This document shows positions 10,527 to 20,016 of a DNA stretch of 64,000 nt, one piece after another. Every line of letters begins with the position of its first letter. The first letter of the stretch is position 1. A program made the position numbers and the translations under genes. The stretch lies in NCBI GenBank assembly GCA_034520945.1, contig JAXHNB010000006.1, forward strand, positions 320,001 to 384,000, read 5' to 3'. A model generated the notes under the pieces. That model did not search any database and was not told the origin of the DNA. It saw only the letters and a list, made by a program, of their open reading frames with translations. The stretch is from Trueperaceae bacterium. GTDB lineage: Bacteria > Deinococcota > Deinococci > Deinococcales > Trueperaceae.

Positions 10527-12419
10527 CTATTCCTTGTAGACCTCGAAGTTCTGGTACATGTTCAGCACCTCGCTCTTGGACAACGGGTAGTCGAAGACCA
10601 TCAGTTCGTCGATGGAACCGTCGAAAGGAAACCTTCCGCCGCACCTACCGTTACAGGGCACGATCAGTTCACTCGAGCCTACCCGCGTGAGCTGGATGGC
10701 GTCACCTGTGGGTGCATATCTGCTGTTTCCGGTATCGGAGCCTTCCTCTAGTTGACCGTTGACGTAGAGCCGCATGAGATCGATCTCGTTGTCCGCGCTC
10801 CCGTAGACGACGGCGACGTGGGTCCATTCGCCGGCAGGAATCGTGGTCTGTGACTCCACCACTTCTACGTCGTCCGAAGAGCTCGAAGGGCGGTAGAAGA
10901 ACTGCAGGTGTGCCCCGTCGCTCCTTGCCACCGCGCGGAACGCGTAGTCACCGACCGTCGTGGTCGCCCCCAGTTGACTGATGATGGTCTGTACTCCGCT
11001 CTCCGTGCGAGGTCGGATCCAGGCACTGATGCTGAACAGGCTGCCGCGCTCGATGAGTTCGGTGGTGGGCCAGGTGTTCGCGCTCTCGAACGCGCCGTCG
11101 AAACTGAAGCCTTGGTCGAAGCGACCCGCTCCGATGACTTCCTGTTCGCCCACGCCGCCCAAATCGACGTCGCCTTTGCTGTCTGCCAGCGTGCCGTCCC
11201 CCGTCCAGTAGTGCACGGGTTGTGGCAGGGTGCCCCCAATTACGGCTTCGCAGGTTTCGACGTCGTACTCGGTGGTGTTGCTGACCCTGGCCAACGCGTT
11301 GTTCCCGAGGTTGCGCAGATTGAACGAGATGGGTTCGACCTGGTTGAGTTGAATCTCTGCCTCGAAGTAAGACTCCAAGTTGCCTTCACGAATCAAGTTG
11401 GCAACGCCCGTGTTGGGGCCACCGATGGCGAGCACTTCGATGTTGGCGCCTCGCAGCGTTTCTTCTAGTTCTGCCTCTGCATATCCGTCGACGCCGCCGG
11501 CCGGCGCGTTGTAGGAGAACTCCAGCGCCGCCTCGATCCGTTCGCGGGACTCGGACGAGGTGAACGAGTACATGAGGATGCGCCCGTAAGACACGCTCGA
11601 GATGTAGAGCGGCAAATTGTCGGGACTTACACCAAAACTCCGCAAATCCTGCGCACTGGTCTCGTCGGTGAAGAACGCTGCGGGGCTCTCGGGTTGGTCC
11701 ACGCTCATGGTGAACAGCCTCTGGACGAAGTAGGCCGTGTACGTGTACTCGTTGGCTTGTCGCTGATAGTCGAGCGAAGCGCTGGCAGAGGACCCCAGGT
11801 ACCGACCTTCCAAGCCGAGCTCCAAGCTGGCTTGGGTGGCGCTGTAACTCTCGACGGACTCGAACTGGCTGAAGCCTGCCCCCACCGCAACGTCGCTTTC
11901 GACCGCGTTGGCGATGAGCTGGTTGATGCCTTCGCGCACGGTGCTGGCGACAGGCTGCTCGATGATCGTGCTGATGCCCGAGCGTACCCCCAGCACCCCA
12001 CCCCCCTCGACCGAGATGCCCAACGGCGTGCGCCTACTCTTGTCGAGCGCCAGCAGTCGAAGCGAGCCAGCCAAGTGGGAGTTGCCCTGGATGAGTGCGC
12101 CGGGCCAGATAAGACCTGCGTTGGGGTTCGTCATCACGATCTGCTCGGGGTTCTTGGTCAGGCTGTAGTGCTGTGTGCGACAGCTATAGAGTTGATTGTC
12201 CACGAGCTCTTCTTCGGGGTCGCTGGCTTCGCCCACGGGCATACCGCTGTTCTCTTCCTCGAGGGGGGCGACCTCCTCCCAGTCGGGCAAACCGCCGAGA
12301 AACGCATCGACGTCGTTTTCTCCACCACCGCCATTTCCGGTGGTTGGGCTACTGCTACACGCAACGAGGCCTATGAGTAGAGTGCCTGCGACCATAGAGC
12401 GTAACGAGACGGGGTTCAT
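10527..12419 (-). CDS. lipoprotein, thiol-activated-cytolysin (CDC-like) domain plus C-terminal LamG/ConA-like domain
   Basis: Lipobox LVAC after SD GGAGG; CDC-core-like IWPGALIQG, FVQRLFTMSVD, YISSVSYGR, IGG and PISFNLRNL; LamG-like FSISAWIRP, WTHVAVVY, LYVNGQL and FDGSIDELMVFDYPLS. Confidence 0.82.
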   Translation of the reverse strand: MNPVSLRSMVAGTLLIGLVACSSSPTTGNGGGGENDVDAFLGGLPDWEEVAPLEEENSGMPVGEASDPEEELVDNQLYSCRTQHYSLTKNPEQIVMTNPNAGLIWPGALIQGNSHLAGSLRLLALDKSRRTPLGISVEGGGVLGVRSGISTIIEQPVASTVREGINQLIANAVESDVAVGAGFSQFESVESYSATQASLELGLEGRYLGSSASASLDYQRQANEYTYTAYFVQRLFTMSVDQPESPAAFFTDETSAQDLRSFGVSPDNLPLYISSVSYGRILMYSFTSSESRERIEAALEFSYNAPAGGVDGYAEAELEETLRGANIEVLAIGGPNTGVANLIREGNLESYFEAEIQLNQVEPISFNLRNLGNNALARVSNTTEYDVETCEAVIGGTLPQPVHYWTGDGTLADSKGDVDLGGVGEQEVIGAGRFDQGFSFDGAFESANTWPTTELIERGSLFSISAWIRPRTESGVQTIISQLGATTTVGDYAFRAVARSDGAHLQFFYRPSSSSDDVEVVESQTTIPAGEWTHVAVVYGSADNEIDLMRLYVNGQLEEGSDTGNSRYAPTGDAIQLTRVGSSELIVPCNGRCGGRFPFDGSIDELMVFDYPLSKSEVLNMYQNFEVYKE

Positions 12420-12591
12420 GGTCCCTCCTTGGGCACAGTATAGGTGTACGTATGTGGGTTGTCGGTACAAAATACCCTTGTCGATCCACGAGGTGATACG
12501 ACGGCCGGACGGAATGCAATCTCCGATCGTGGCGGGTACACACGATCGCGGGCTCTTTCATGGTGTACATTTGGTACCTAGGAGGAAAAGG

Positions 12592-12861
12592 ATGGCGCTC
12601 AACATCAAGAATGAGGCGGTCGAGCGGCTCGCCAACGCCTTGGCTCGGCAACAGGGTATCAGCAAGACCGAGGCCGTGCGTCGCGCCCTCGAAGCGCAGC
12701 TGGAGCGGTCTGTCGAACCGAGCGGCGCCGATCGCGCGGCGCAGTTGGTCACGTTCCTCGAGCGCGACGTGTGGCCGTTCGTCCCGGCCGACCTGCTGGG
12801 ACGCGCGCCCGACGAGCGAGAGCGCGAGCGCATCCTCGGATACGGACCGGACGGCGTGTGA
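12592..12861 (+). CDS. vapB: type II antitoxin VapB (Rv0623-like)
   Basis: MALNIKNEAVERLANALARQQGISKTEAVRRAL...ILGYGPDGV; SD GGAGG; overlaps a PIN gene by GTGA. Confidence 0.88.
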   Translation: MALNIKNEAVERLANALARQQGISKTEAVRRALEAQLERSVEPSGADRAAQLVTFLERDVWPFVPADLLGRAPDERERERILGYGPDGV

Positions 12862-13244
12862 TCACTGACGCCAGCGCGCTCGTCGCGCTCCTGATCCGCG
12901 AACCCGGCTGGGAGCGCATCGCCGACGCCCTCACGGCCCACGCGTACGTGGCGATCGGGGCACCGACGCTGACCGAGACGGGGATCGTGCTGCACGCCAA
13001 GGGCGTTCCACCGAGCCTGTTGCCGGCCCTGATCCAACGCACGGACATCGAGATCGTGCCCTTCACGGAGCGCCACGCGACGGCGGCGATCGATGCCTAC
13101 GCGACCTACGGACGGGGTCGCCATGCCGCGTCGCTGAATTTCGGCGACTGCATGACCTACGCCGTCGCACGCTTGGCCCAGGCCCCGCTGCTGTACGTGG
13201 GGAACGACTTCGCCCAGACGGATTTGGAGCCGGTCCTAGGGTAG
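12858..13244 (+). CDS. vapC: type II toxin VapC (PIN domain)
   Basis: VITDASALVALL...E...GRGRHAASLNFGDCMTYAVA...LLYVGNDFAQTD. Confidence 0.92.
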   Translation: MITDASALVALLIREPGWERIADALTAHAYVAIGAPTLTETGIVLHAKGVPPSLLPALIQRTDIEIVPFTERHATAAIDAYATYGRGRHAASLNFGDCMTYAVARLAQAPLLYVGNDFAQTDLEPVLG

Positions 13245-13283
13245 TCGAGCGCGAGGTCGGTGGGCGCGACCGGGTTCTCGGTC

Positions 13284-14180
13284 CTACTGCGCGTTCGCGG
13301 AGGTGCGTTCGATGCGGTGGCCCGCGCCGATCAGCGCCGCGACCGCGTCGTCGAGGGCCGCGTCCTTCACCAGGAGCCAGTCGGTGTCGAAGGTGGAGAC
13401 CGCGAACACGGCGACGCCCACCGCCTCGAGGGGCCGGAGCAACGATAGCAACACCCCGGTGAGCGCGAGATCGAGGGGTCCCGACACCTGAAGGGCGCGC
13501 CACCCGGACTCGGCCCGAACCTCCTGCGGCACCACCGCGGCGCGGCACACGACCGAGGTTTCGTGCGGCGTGCGGGTGATGGACGTGAACGGTTCGCCCT
13601 CGAGCCACGGGGGTGCGGCGGTGCCGGCCGGGAGCCGGCACACGGCCAGGATCTCGGGGAGGACGTACAGCGCGAGCGCGTGGTCGTTCGTCGGCGTGCG
13701 GTGCGGAAGGTCGATCGCCATCTCGTGTTCGCGCACGTGCGTTCGTGGCGGCGGCAGCGATCCCGTCGCGCCGGTCGCGACGAAGCCGTGACGCTCGTAG
13801 AGCCGCCGTGCCGGCGCGTTGTGCGTCCCGACGTCCAGGAGCAGGCGCCGCAGGCCACGTCCCCGCGCCCACGCGAGGACGAAGCGCACGAGCGCGGCAC
13901 CGACCCCGCGTCCGCGCGCTTCGGGCGCGACCCACATCGAGATCAGGTACCCCGCGTCGGGATCCAGGTCGTGCGGTGCGCTTCGGATCATGCCGAGGTC
14001 TGCGTCGCCTTCGCGCCATACGAAGGTCGGGAGCGACGCGAGCTGTTCCTCCCAGTCCTCGGGATCGCGCGTTTCCGCCTCGTCCAGCGTGGTCGCGAAC
14101 GCGTCGGGCGCATCGGCGAGGGCACGTAGGCGGATCGCGCGGAGGCGCCGTCCCTCGCCGACACGAAGGCACACGATCAT
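13284..14180 (-). CDS. GNAT acetyltransferase fused to CASTOR/ACT_7-like ACT domain
   Basis: IRLRALADAPDAF, MWVAPEARGRGVG and ARRLYERHGF (GNAT), then SITRTPHETSVVC, GWRAL...GPLDLALTGVL and FAVSTFDTDWLLVK (ACT). Confidence 0.85.
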   Translation of the reverse strand: MIVCLRVGEGRRLRAIRLRALADAPDAFATTLDEAETRDPEDWEEQLASLPTFVWREGDADLGMIRSAPHDLDPDAGYLISMWVAPEARGRGVGAALVRFVLAWARGRGLRRLLLDVGTHNAPARRLYERHGFVATGATGSLPPPRTHVREHEMAIDLPHRTPTNDHALALYVLPEILAVCRLPAGTAAPPWLEGEPFTSITRTPHETSVVCRAAVVPQEVRAESGWRALQVSGPLDLALTGVLLSLLRPLEAVGVAVFAVSTFDTDWLLVKDAALDDAVAALIGAGHRIERTSANAQ

Positions 14181-14220
14181 GCGCCGGTCGGTTGCCTGGC
14201 CGGGCGCAGGTGGACGCCCC

Positions 14221-14766
14221 TCACGGGACTTCGCCCTGCTGCGACTCTGCACGGTCCGCGTCCGGCACGAGGTCCGCTTCGCGCGGCGTTCGCCCTTGCG
14301 CCAGCGTCTCGGCCAGCCTCCGCATCGTCCCGTCCAAGGCGTCCCGGACGCTGCGCCACGCCTCCAGGTCCTGTCCGCTCGGGTCGGGAAACGACACGTG
14401 CAGCCGCGTCGCCGCGGCCGGGTAGGCAGGGCAGCTCTCGTTGGCGTCATCGCAGACGGTGAGCACCACGTCGAAGCTCCACGGGTCCGGCACGTCCCAC
14501 AGCGTCTTGGAGGCGTGCCCGGAGATGTCGAGGCCCAGCTCGGCCATCACCGCGACCGCGTCCGGCTTGACCCGGGTCGCTTCCGTACCGGCCGACCACA
14601 CCTCGGCGTCCAGGTCGAGGCGGTCGGCGTGATGTCGAAGCCACCCTTCGCCCATCTGGCTGCGCGCGCTGTTGTGGGTGCAGAGGACGAGGAGGCGGAG
14701 CGGGCGCCCGGCCGCTCCGCACGCAGGCGTTTCCGCCTCGGCGCCGCCGCTTCCTGTCGCGCTCAC
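14221..14766 (-). CDS. arsC: arsenate reductase ArsC / LMW phosphatase family
   Basis: P-loop LCTHNSARSQMGEG; VLTVCDDANESCP; FPDP. Confidence 0.85.
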   Translation of the reverse strand: MSATGSGGAEAETPACGAAGRPLRLLVLCTHNSARSQMGEGWLRHHADRLDLDAEVWSAGTEATRVKPDAVAVMAELGLDISGHASKTLWDVPDPWSFDVVLTVCDDANESCPAYPAAATRLHVSFPDPSGQDLEAWRSVRDALDGTMRRLAETLAQGRTPREADLVPDADRAESQQGEVP

Positions 14767-14844
14767 GACGGCCGCGTCACGAGCATGAGCTTCGGATCGG
14801 TGCAGGCCTCGCTGGCGGCGTCCCCGACCTCACGCGCCGCCCAG

Positions 14845-15135
14845 CTAGCGCCGAAACGCATCCTTCGCGCCTTCGAACGCTTCGCCCAGCGACGTCATCG
14901 CGTCGTCGACGCCCTTCCGGACCGATTCCCAGGCATCGCCGCTCGCCTGGGACAGCTCGGTGAGCTTCGAACGCCCGTCGTCGATCCGGCTTTTCAACGC
15001 CTCGATCCGCCGGTTCAGCTCCAGCTTCGCGTCGGCGTCGGCCTCGGAGGCCTTGGCCTCGAGCCTGTCGACCTCGGCCTTCATCGAATCGAGTCGTGCC
15101 TGCATCTTCTGTTGGTACAGCGTTCGATCGTCCAT
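14845..15135 (-). CDS. small coiled-coil conserved protein
   Basis: YQQKMQARLDSMKAEVDRLEAKA...GDAWESVRKG; SD GGAGGGAG. Confidence 0.75.
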   Translation of the reverse strand: MDDRTLYQQKMQARLDSMKAEVDRLEAKASEADADAKLELNRRIEALKSRIDDGRSKLTELSQASGDAWESVRKGVDDAMTSLGEAFEGAKDAFRR

Positions 15136-15236
15136 TTCCGCTCCCTCCGGAGGGCGCGTCCGCGCGCACTGTGCGCCTGAGCGGTCCATCCTCGCCTTCG
15201 ATCATGCGCTGTGAGCCCGAGGCGTCACGTCCGCAC

Positions 15237-15284
15237 CGTCACGTGAACCGTCACGTGAAGCGTCACGCGACGCGTCACGCGACG
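15237..15284. repeat. four tandem 12-bp repeats CGTCACG(T/C)GA(A/C)(C/G), with degenerate flanking copies
   Basis: cgtcacgtgaac cgtcacgtgaag cgtcacgcgacg cgtcacgcgacg. Confidence 0.85.
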
Positions 15285-15327
15285 CGTCGCCGCATGAACC
15301 GTGGGCGAGCGGCGGGTCGTGTGCCGT

Positions 15328-16812
15328 TCAACGATCCCCCTCCGGCGCCCACACCGACACGGAGCCGGGCGCGCAGGAGAACGCGCCCCAGCCGTGCTCG
15401 TCGGTGACGACCGGCGTTTCGACGTGGTCGGTGTGGTCGTGGTAGGTGGTGTTCGGCGCGCCGGTCTCCATGTGCTTGACGCCGCCACCTGCGTTGCTGA
15501 GCACGACCGCGAGTCCGCCCGGATGGTGTTCGTCGCCTAGGCGCGTCCAACCCACGCAGTTGGGATCGTCGAAGTAGTCGTACTGGTCCCCGTACGCGTT
15601 GCGACGGCGGATCTCGAGGAAGCGGTCGATCATCCACTTGTGGCTGTGGATGACGACGTCGTGCTCGCTACCGTCCTGACCGACGTCCCGGTACTCGGCA
15701 CCGTAGTAGTCGGCCGCGAACACGCACGGGTAGCCGCCACGCCGCAGCAGGATCAGCGCGTAGGCCAGCGGCTTGAACCACGGCTCGACCACCGACTCGA
15801 GCGCCTGCAGCGGCTGCGTGTCGTGGTTGGCGACGATCGTCACGGCCGCGTACGGGTCGGTCGAGACGAGGCTTCCGTCGAACATCTTGCGGAGGTCGTA
15901 CCCGCTGCCCGTCCGGCTCGCGTGAGCGAACGCGAACTGCAGGCCGGTGTCGAACAGCGAGACCTGCCGTTCGGTCCGCTCGATGAAGTGCGAGAGCGCT
16001 GCGCCCCGGTCCGACCAGTACTCGCCGACCGCGAACAGGTCTCGACCGAGGTGCTCACGGACGTGGTCCAGCCAGGCCCGAAAGAATTCGGCCGGAACGT
16101 GCTTGACGGCGTCGAAGCGGACGCCGTCGACGCCGGTCGTGTCCAGGTACCAGCGACCCCAGTAGAACAACTCCTCGCGCACGTCGGCGTCGGCGATGTC
16201 CAGGTTGCAGCCCATCAGGTAGTCGTAGTTGCCCTTCTCCAGATCGACGTCGTCGGCGAAGCGTTTGCCTGCGAACAGGTACACCGTGTCGGCGTCGCCC
16301 TCGGCCGAGCCGGCGTCGACGGCGTTGAAGTGCCACCAGTGCCACTCCAGCGTCGAATAGCGTCCGGCCCTCGCGGGAAACGCAAAGTGCGTCCACGCAC
16401 GGATCGTGCGCGGCTCGCCGACCGCCGAACGGCGGTTCTCCGCGTCGTACGGCGTTGCGGTGACCGTTTCCTGATGGTCGCCGCCCATCTTGTGGTTGAA
16501 CACGATGTCGGCGTACACCCGGATTCCGGCGTTCTGAGCGGCGCGGATGGCAGCGAGGTACTCGTTGCGCGTGCCGTACTTGGTGCGCGTCGAGCCCTTC
16601 TGGTCGAACTCGCCCAGGTCGAACAGGTCGTACACCCCGTAGCCGCTGTCCAGCCCGCCGGCGGCGCCCTTGTAGGCGGGCGGCAGCCAGACGGAGGTGA
16701 ACCCCGCCTCGGCCAACGCCGGCGCCTCGTTCGCGAGGCGTGTCCACAGCATGCCGTCGGCCGGCGTGTACCAGTGGTAGTACTGCATCATCGCGCCGTT
16801 GTGCTCGTCCAT
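15328..16812 (-). CDS. alpha-amylase (GH13, liquefying/cytoplasmic type)
   Basis: MMQYYHWY, VWLPPAYKG, DIVFNH, GVRFDAVKH, AVGEYW and VANHDTQP; no signal peptide. Confidence 0.93.
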   Translation of the reverse strand: MDEHNGAMMQYYHWYTPADGMLWTRLANEAPALAEAGFTSVWLPPAYKGAAGGLDSGYGVYDLFDLGEFDQKGSTRTKYGTRNEYLAAIRAAQNAGIRVYADIVFNHKMGGDHQETVTATPYDAENRRSAVGEPRTIRAWTHFAFPARAGRYSTLEWHWWHFNAVDAGSAEGDADTVYLFAGKRFADDVDLEKGNYDYLMGCNLDIADADVREELFYWGRWYLDTTGVDGVRFDAVKHVPAEFFRAWLDHVREHLGRDLFAVGEYWSDRGAALSHFIERTERQVSLFDTGLQFAFAHASRTGSGYDLRKMFDGSLVSTDPYAAVTIVANHDTQPLQALESVVEPWFKPLAYALILLRRGGYPCVFAADYYGAEYRDVGQDGSEHDVVIHSHKWMIDRFLEIRRRNAYGDQYDYFDDPNCVGWTRLGDEHHPGGLAVVLSNAGGGVKHMETGAPNTTYHDHTDHVETPVVTDEHGWGAFSCAPGSVSVWAPEGDR

Positions 16813-16950
16813 CGGCTCTCCCCCGTGCGTCCACGCTTCGTGCGCAGTCCACATGAATACGGTACACGAGGAGTTCGCTTCGTCTCGGCTCCACCGGCCC
16901 CTGTCGGCGGCCGAGGCGCCCCCCTCCCGCATCGATGCCACAATCGCGAC

Positions 16951-17985
16951 GTGCCCGCCCCGACCCTGCCGTCCCTGCTCGACGCCGCCTTCGCGGCGCG
17001 TTCCGCGCTCGTCGACGAGGCGCACGACGCCGCCTTCCGCCTGTTCAACGGCCACCTCGAGGGCGATCCTCGCTGGGTCGTGGACCTGTACGGGTCGAGC
17101 GCGGTGATCTACCATCACGCCGCGCCGCTCGCCGACGTCGAGACCGACCACGACACGAACGACGACGCGGAGATCGACGTGGTCGTCGAGCGCCTGCAGG
17201 CGCACCTGCCCTGGCTGCAGGCCGTCGTGCTCAAGGAGCGCGAGGGCACGACCGACCGGGAACGCCACGGCCGGATCGTCTGGCGCCGCTCGGGCGGTGC
17301 CGCGCTGGCGACCGACGTCCGCGAGCACGGCGTGCGCTACGCCGTCGACCTGACCATGAACCAGGACGCCGGCTTCTACCTCGACACGCGGGCGCTGCGC
17401 GGCTGGCTGATCGACGACAGCGACGGCAAGGCGGTCTTGAACGCGTTCGCCTACACCGGCAGCCTGGGCGTCGCGGCACGGGCGGGCGGCGCGGCGCGGG
17501 TGCTGCAGACGGACCTGAACCCGCGCTTCCTGCGGGTCGCCGAGAGATCGTGCGCGCTGAACGGGTTCCCCATCGGGCGCAAGGACCTCCGCGCGCAGGA
17601 CTTCTGGTCGTTCGTGCGGGGCGCGAAGCTGCAGGGAGAGGCGTTCCACACGGTGATCCTCGACCCTCCGTTCTTCTCCGCCACCAGGGGCGGGACGATC
17701 GACATGACGCGCGACGCACCACGCCTGATCAACAAGGTCCGACCGCTGGTGCGCAGCGGCGGCACGCTGGCGATCGTGAACAACGCGCTGTTCCTGAGCG
17801 GCGCGGCGTTCCTGGAGCAGCTAAGGGCGCTGTGCGAAGGCGGTTGGATGACCATCGAGCGGTTCCTGGACGCGCCCGAGGACGTCACCGGCTACCCCGG
17901 GACGAGGCGGCGCCAGCCGGTGGTCGACCCTGCGCCGTTCGCGCATTCGACCAAGATCGCGCTGCTGAGCGTGCGGCACCGCTAG
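16951..17985 (+). CDS. class I SAM-dependent methyltransferase (RlmI/RlmK-like)
   Basis: AFRLFNG, GFYLDTR, VLNAFAYTGSLG and VILDPPFF; GTG start 6 nt after CACAAT. Confidence 0.85.
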   Translation: MPAPTLPSLLDAAFAARSALVDEAHDAAFRLFNGHLEGDPRWVVDLYGSSAVIYHHAAPLADVETDHDTNDDAEIDVVVERLQAHLPWLQAVVLKEREGTTDRERHGRIVWRRSGGAALATDVREHGVRYAVDLTMNQDAGFYLDTRALRGWLIDDSDGKAVLNAFAYTGSLGVAARAGGAARVLQTDLNPRFLRVAERSCALNGFPIGRKDLRAQDFWSFVRGAKLQGEAFHTVILDPPFFSATRGGTIDMTRDAPRLINKVRPLVRSGGTLAIVNNALFLSGAAFLEQLRALCEGGWMTIERFLDAPEDVTGYPGTRRRQPVVDPAPFAHSTKIALLSVRHR

Positions 17986-18076
17986 CGACAGGTGGCGCCG
18001 TGTCGCGACGCGAAGCGAGCAGCGGCGACGTCCCGACGCGCGGGCCGTCGAACCGCTTCGGCGCCGCTGGTTCGGT

Positions 18077-18574
18077 CTACCAACCCTCGGTCCCCGGCCC
18101 GCCTTTGAAAGGTCCCGCCACCCGCGACGTCACCCAGCTGCCGTAGAAGTCGCCACCGACGGGGCGCACGGCCTCGCCGTCGACCGTGATCCGGTCGACG
18201 CGCGATGGGTAGAAGGCGATCCAATGGGCGATCGCGGCGTAGCGCCGCGACGGCGTGGCGTACCACCAGCACGCCTGAACTGCGCGTCGATCGCCGATGA
18301 CCGCGTCGGCGTACGCGGCCGCCCCCTTGAACTCGCAGAACGTCCGGCGGTCGATGGGCACGAGGAGGTCCATCCGAACGTCTTCGGGCGGCAGGTAGTA
18401 GACCGGTGCGTGCGAGGTCTCGAGCACGCGGATGGGTCGCCGGCTCTCGGCGAGCGTCGTCCCGGCGAATGTCACGACCACGAGTTCGGTCGAGGGATCG
18501 AGCGCGGGGGGGCGGGGGTAGTCCCAGACCGACTCCTGGTCGGGACCGACGGGTTCGGGGGTGGGCCGGTGCAT
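18077..18574 (-). CDS. DUF427 domain protein
   Basis: QESVWDYPRPP, VLETSHAPVYYLP, FCEFKGAAAY and GPFKGGPGTEGW. Confidence 0.88.
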   Translation of the reverse strand: MHRPTPEPVGPDQESVWDYPRPPALDPSTELVVVTFAGTTLAESRRPIRVLETSHAPVYYLPPEDVRMDLLVPIDRRTFCEFKGAAAYADAVIGDRRAVQACWWYATPSRRYAAIAHWIAFYPSRVDRITVDGEAVRPVGGDFYGSWVTSRVAGPFKGGPGTEGW

Positions 18575-18630
18575 GCGCGAGGATACCGATGGGCGGCCCC
18601 TCGGTCGCCAACGGGCGCTAACCTGGCGCG

Positions 18631-19422
18631 ATGACCGGCGTCGCCTGGTCCGACCTGTGGGCACAGACCCACTTCGCCGATCCCGCCACGCTGCTGGCGG
18701 GGTGCGTGGCCGTGGCGCTGGTAGGTCTGTCGAAGGGGGGTCTGGGCGGCGCGTTCGGGCTGCTGGGGGTGCCGGTGCTGTCGCTGGTGATGCCGCCGGT
18801 GCAGGCCGCGGCGCTGCTGTTGCCGCTGCTTCTGATGATGGACGCGGTGAGCCTGTGGGCGTGGCGGGGGTACTTCGACCGCGCCACGCTCGCCGCGATG
18901 CTCCCAGCGGCGGTGCTGGGCATCGTGCTGGGCTGGCTCACCGCGGCAGCGACGTCCGAGGCCCTCGTCCGGTTGCTGGTGGGGCTGGTGGCGTTGGCGT
19001 TCGTCGTGCGTTCGGTGCGCCCCAGGCGAACGGTCGTCGCGGCCGAGCCGCGTCGCGTTTCGGCGTGGTTCTGGGGAACGATGGCCGGGTTCACATCGTT
19101 CGTGGCGCACGCCGGCGGCCCGCCCTTTCAGGTGCACGCCCTGCCGCTCCGCCTCGATCCCAAGGTGTTCACCGGCACGAGCGTGATCTTCTTCGCCGTG
19201 GTGAACGCGGTGAAGGTGGCGCCGTACGCGGCGCTGGGTCAGTTCGACGCGCGCACGCTCGCCTCGGCCGTGGTCCTGCTGCCGTTGGCGGTCGTCGCCG
19301 TGCGTGCCGGGGTGGCGGTGGTGCGGCGGATGCGACCCACGGTCTTCTACCCGTTCATGTACGCGATGGTCGCGTTGGTGTCCGTGCGGCTGATCTACGA
19401 CGGGGTACGTGGGTTGGGGTAG
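18631..19422 (+). CDS. sulfite exporter TauE/SafE family membrane protein
   Basis: GLSKGGLGG, AAALLLPLLLMMD and SFVAHAGGPP; multiple hydrophobic segments. Confidence 0.88.
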   Translation: MTGVAWSDLWAQTHFADPATLLAGCVAVALVGLSKGGLGGAFGLLGVPVLSLVMPPVQAAALLLPLLLMMDAVSLWAWRGYFDRATLAAMLPAAVLGIVLGWLTAAATSEALVRLLVGLVALAFVVRSVRPRRTVVAAEPRRVSAWFWGTMAGFTSFVAHAGGPPFQVHALPLRLDPKVFTGTSVIFFAVVNAVKVAPYAALGQFDARTLASAVVLLPLAVVAVRAGVAVVRRMRPTVFYPFMYAMVALVSVRLIYDGVRGLG

Positions 19423-19509
19423 CCCGTTGCGGTGCGGAAGCGACCCGCGTCGTGTGTGCCGGCGCGCCGCCACGACGTCGTTAGCCTCAAGCATGGGATA
19501 CTATCAAGC

Positions 19510-20016
19510 GTGGAAGTAAATCCCAACGAACCCCGCATTCCCTGCATTCACGACCCCGACGACCACCCCCTCCACCGTCTGCTGCAGCACGTGGTGCGCC
19601 GCTCGATCCATGAGCTGCACGCGTTGCTGCAGGAACTTCAGCTGTCGCTGCCGCAGTTGGGCACGCTGCACGTCCTCCGCGCCGAAGGGGCCCAGAGCGT
19701 CTCGGCGATCGCGCAGCACGTGCAGCTGTCGCTCGCAGCCACCAGCCACCTGGTCGATCGCCTGGTGCAGCGCGGCCTCCTCACCCGCAGCGAGGACCCC
19801 TCCGACCGGCGTCAGAAGCGCGTCGACCTGACGAGCGAAGGTCGCGCCGTCGTCGGCGGCGTCCAAGCGAAAGCGAGGGCGTCGCTCGAGGCGCTGCTCG
19901 CAGAGGTCCCACCGGACCTGCGCCGGCGCTTCGATCAGGACCTGCGTGAGGTGCTCGACACCCTCGAACCCCCCTCGGCCCCGGTGGGCCGTGCCCCCCT
20001 TCGGAGCGAACCATGA
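19510..20016 (+). CDS. MarR family regulator
   Basis: SLAATSHLVDRLVQRGLLTRSEDPSDRRQKRVDLTSEG; GTG start 5 nt after TACTAT. Confidence 0.88.
   Translation: MEVNPNEPRIPCIHDPDDHPLHRLLQHVVRRSIHELHALLQELQLSLPQLGTLHVLRAEGAQSVSAIAQHVQLSLAATSHLVDRLVQRGLLTRSEDPSDRRQKRVDLTSEGRAVVGGVQAKARASLEALLAEVPPDLRRRFDQDLREVLDTLEPPSAPVGRAPLRSEP

Noticed and set aside
15237..15284. Possible CRISPR array
   Set aside because: The repeats are 12 bp and adjacent, with no spacers and no cas genes.
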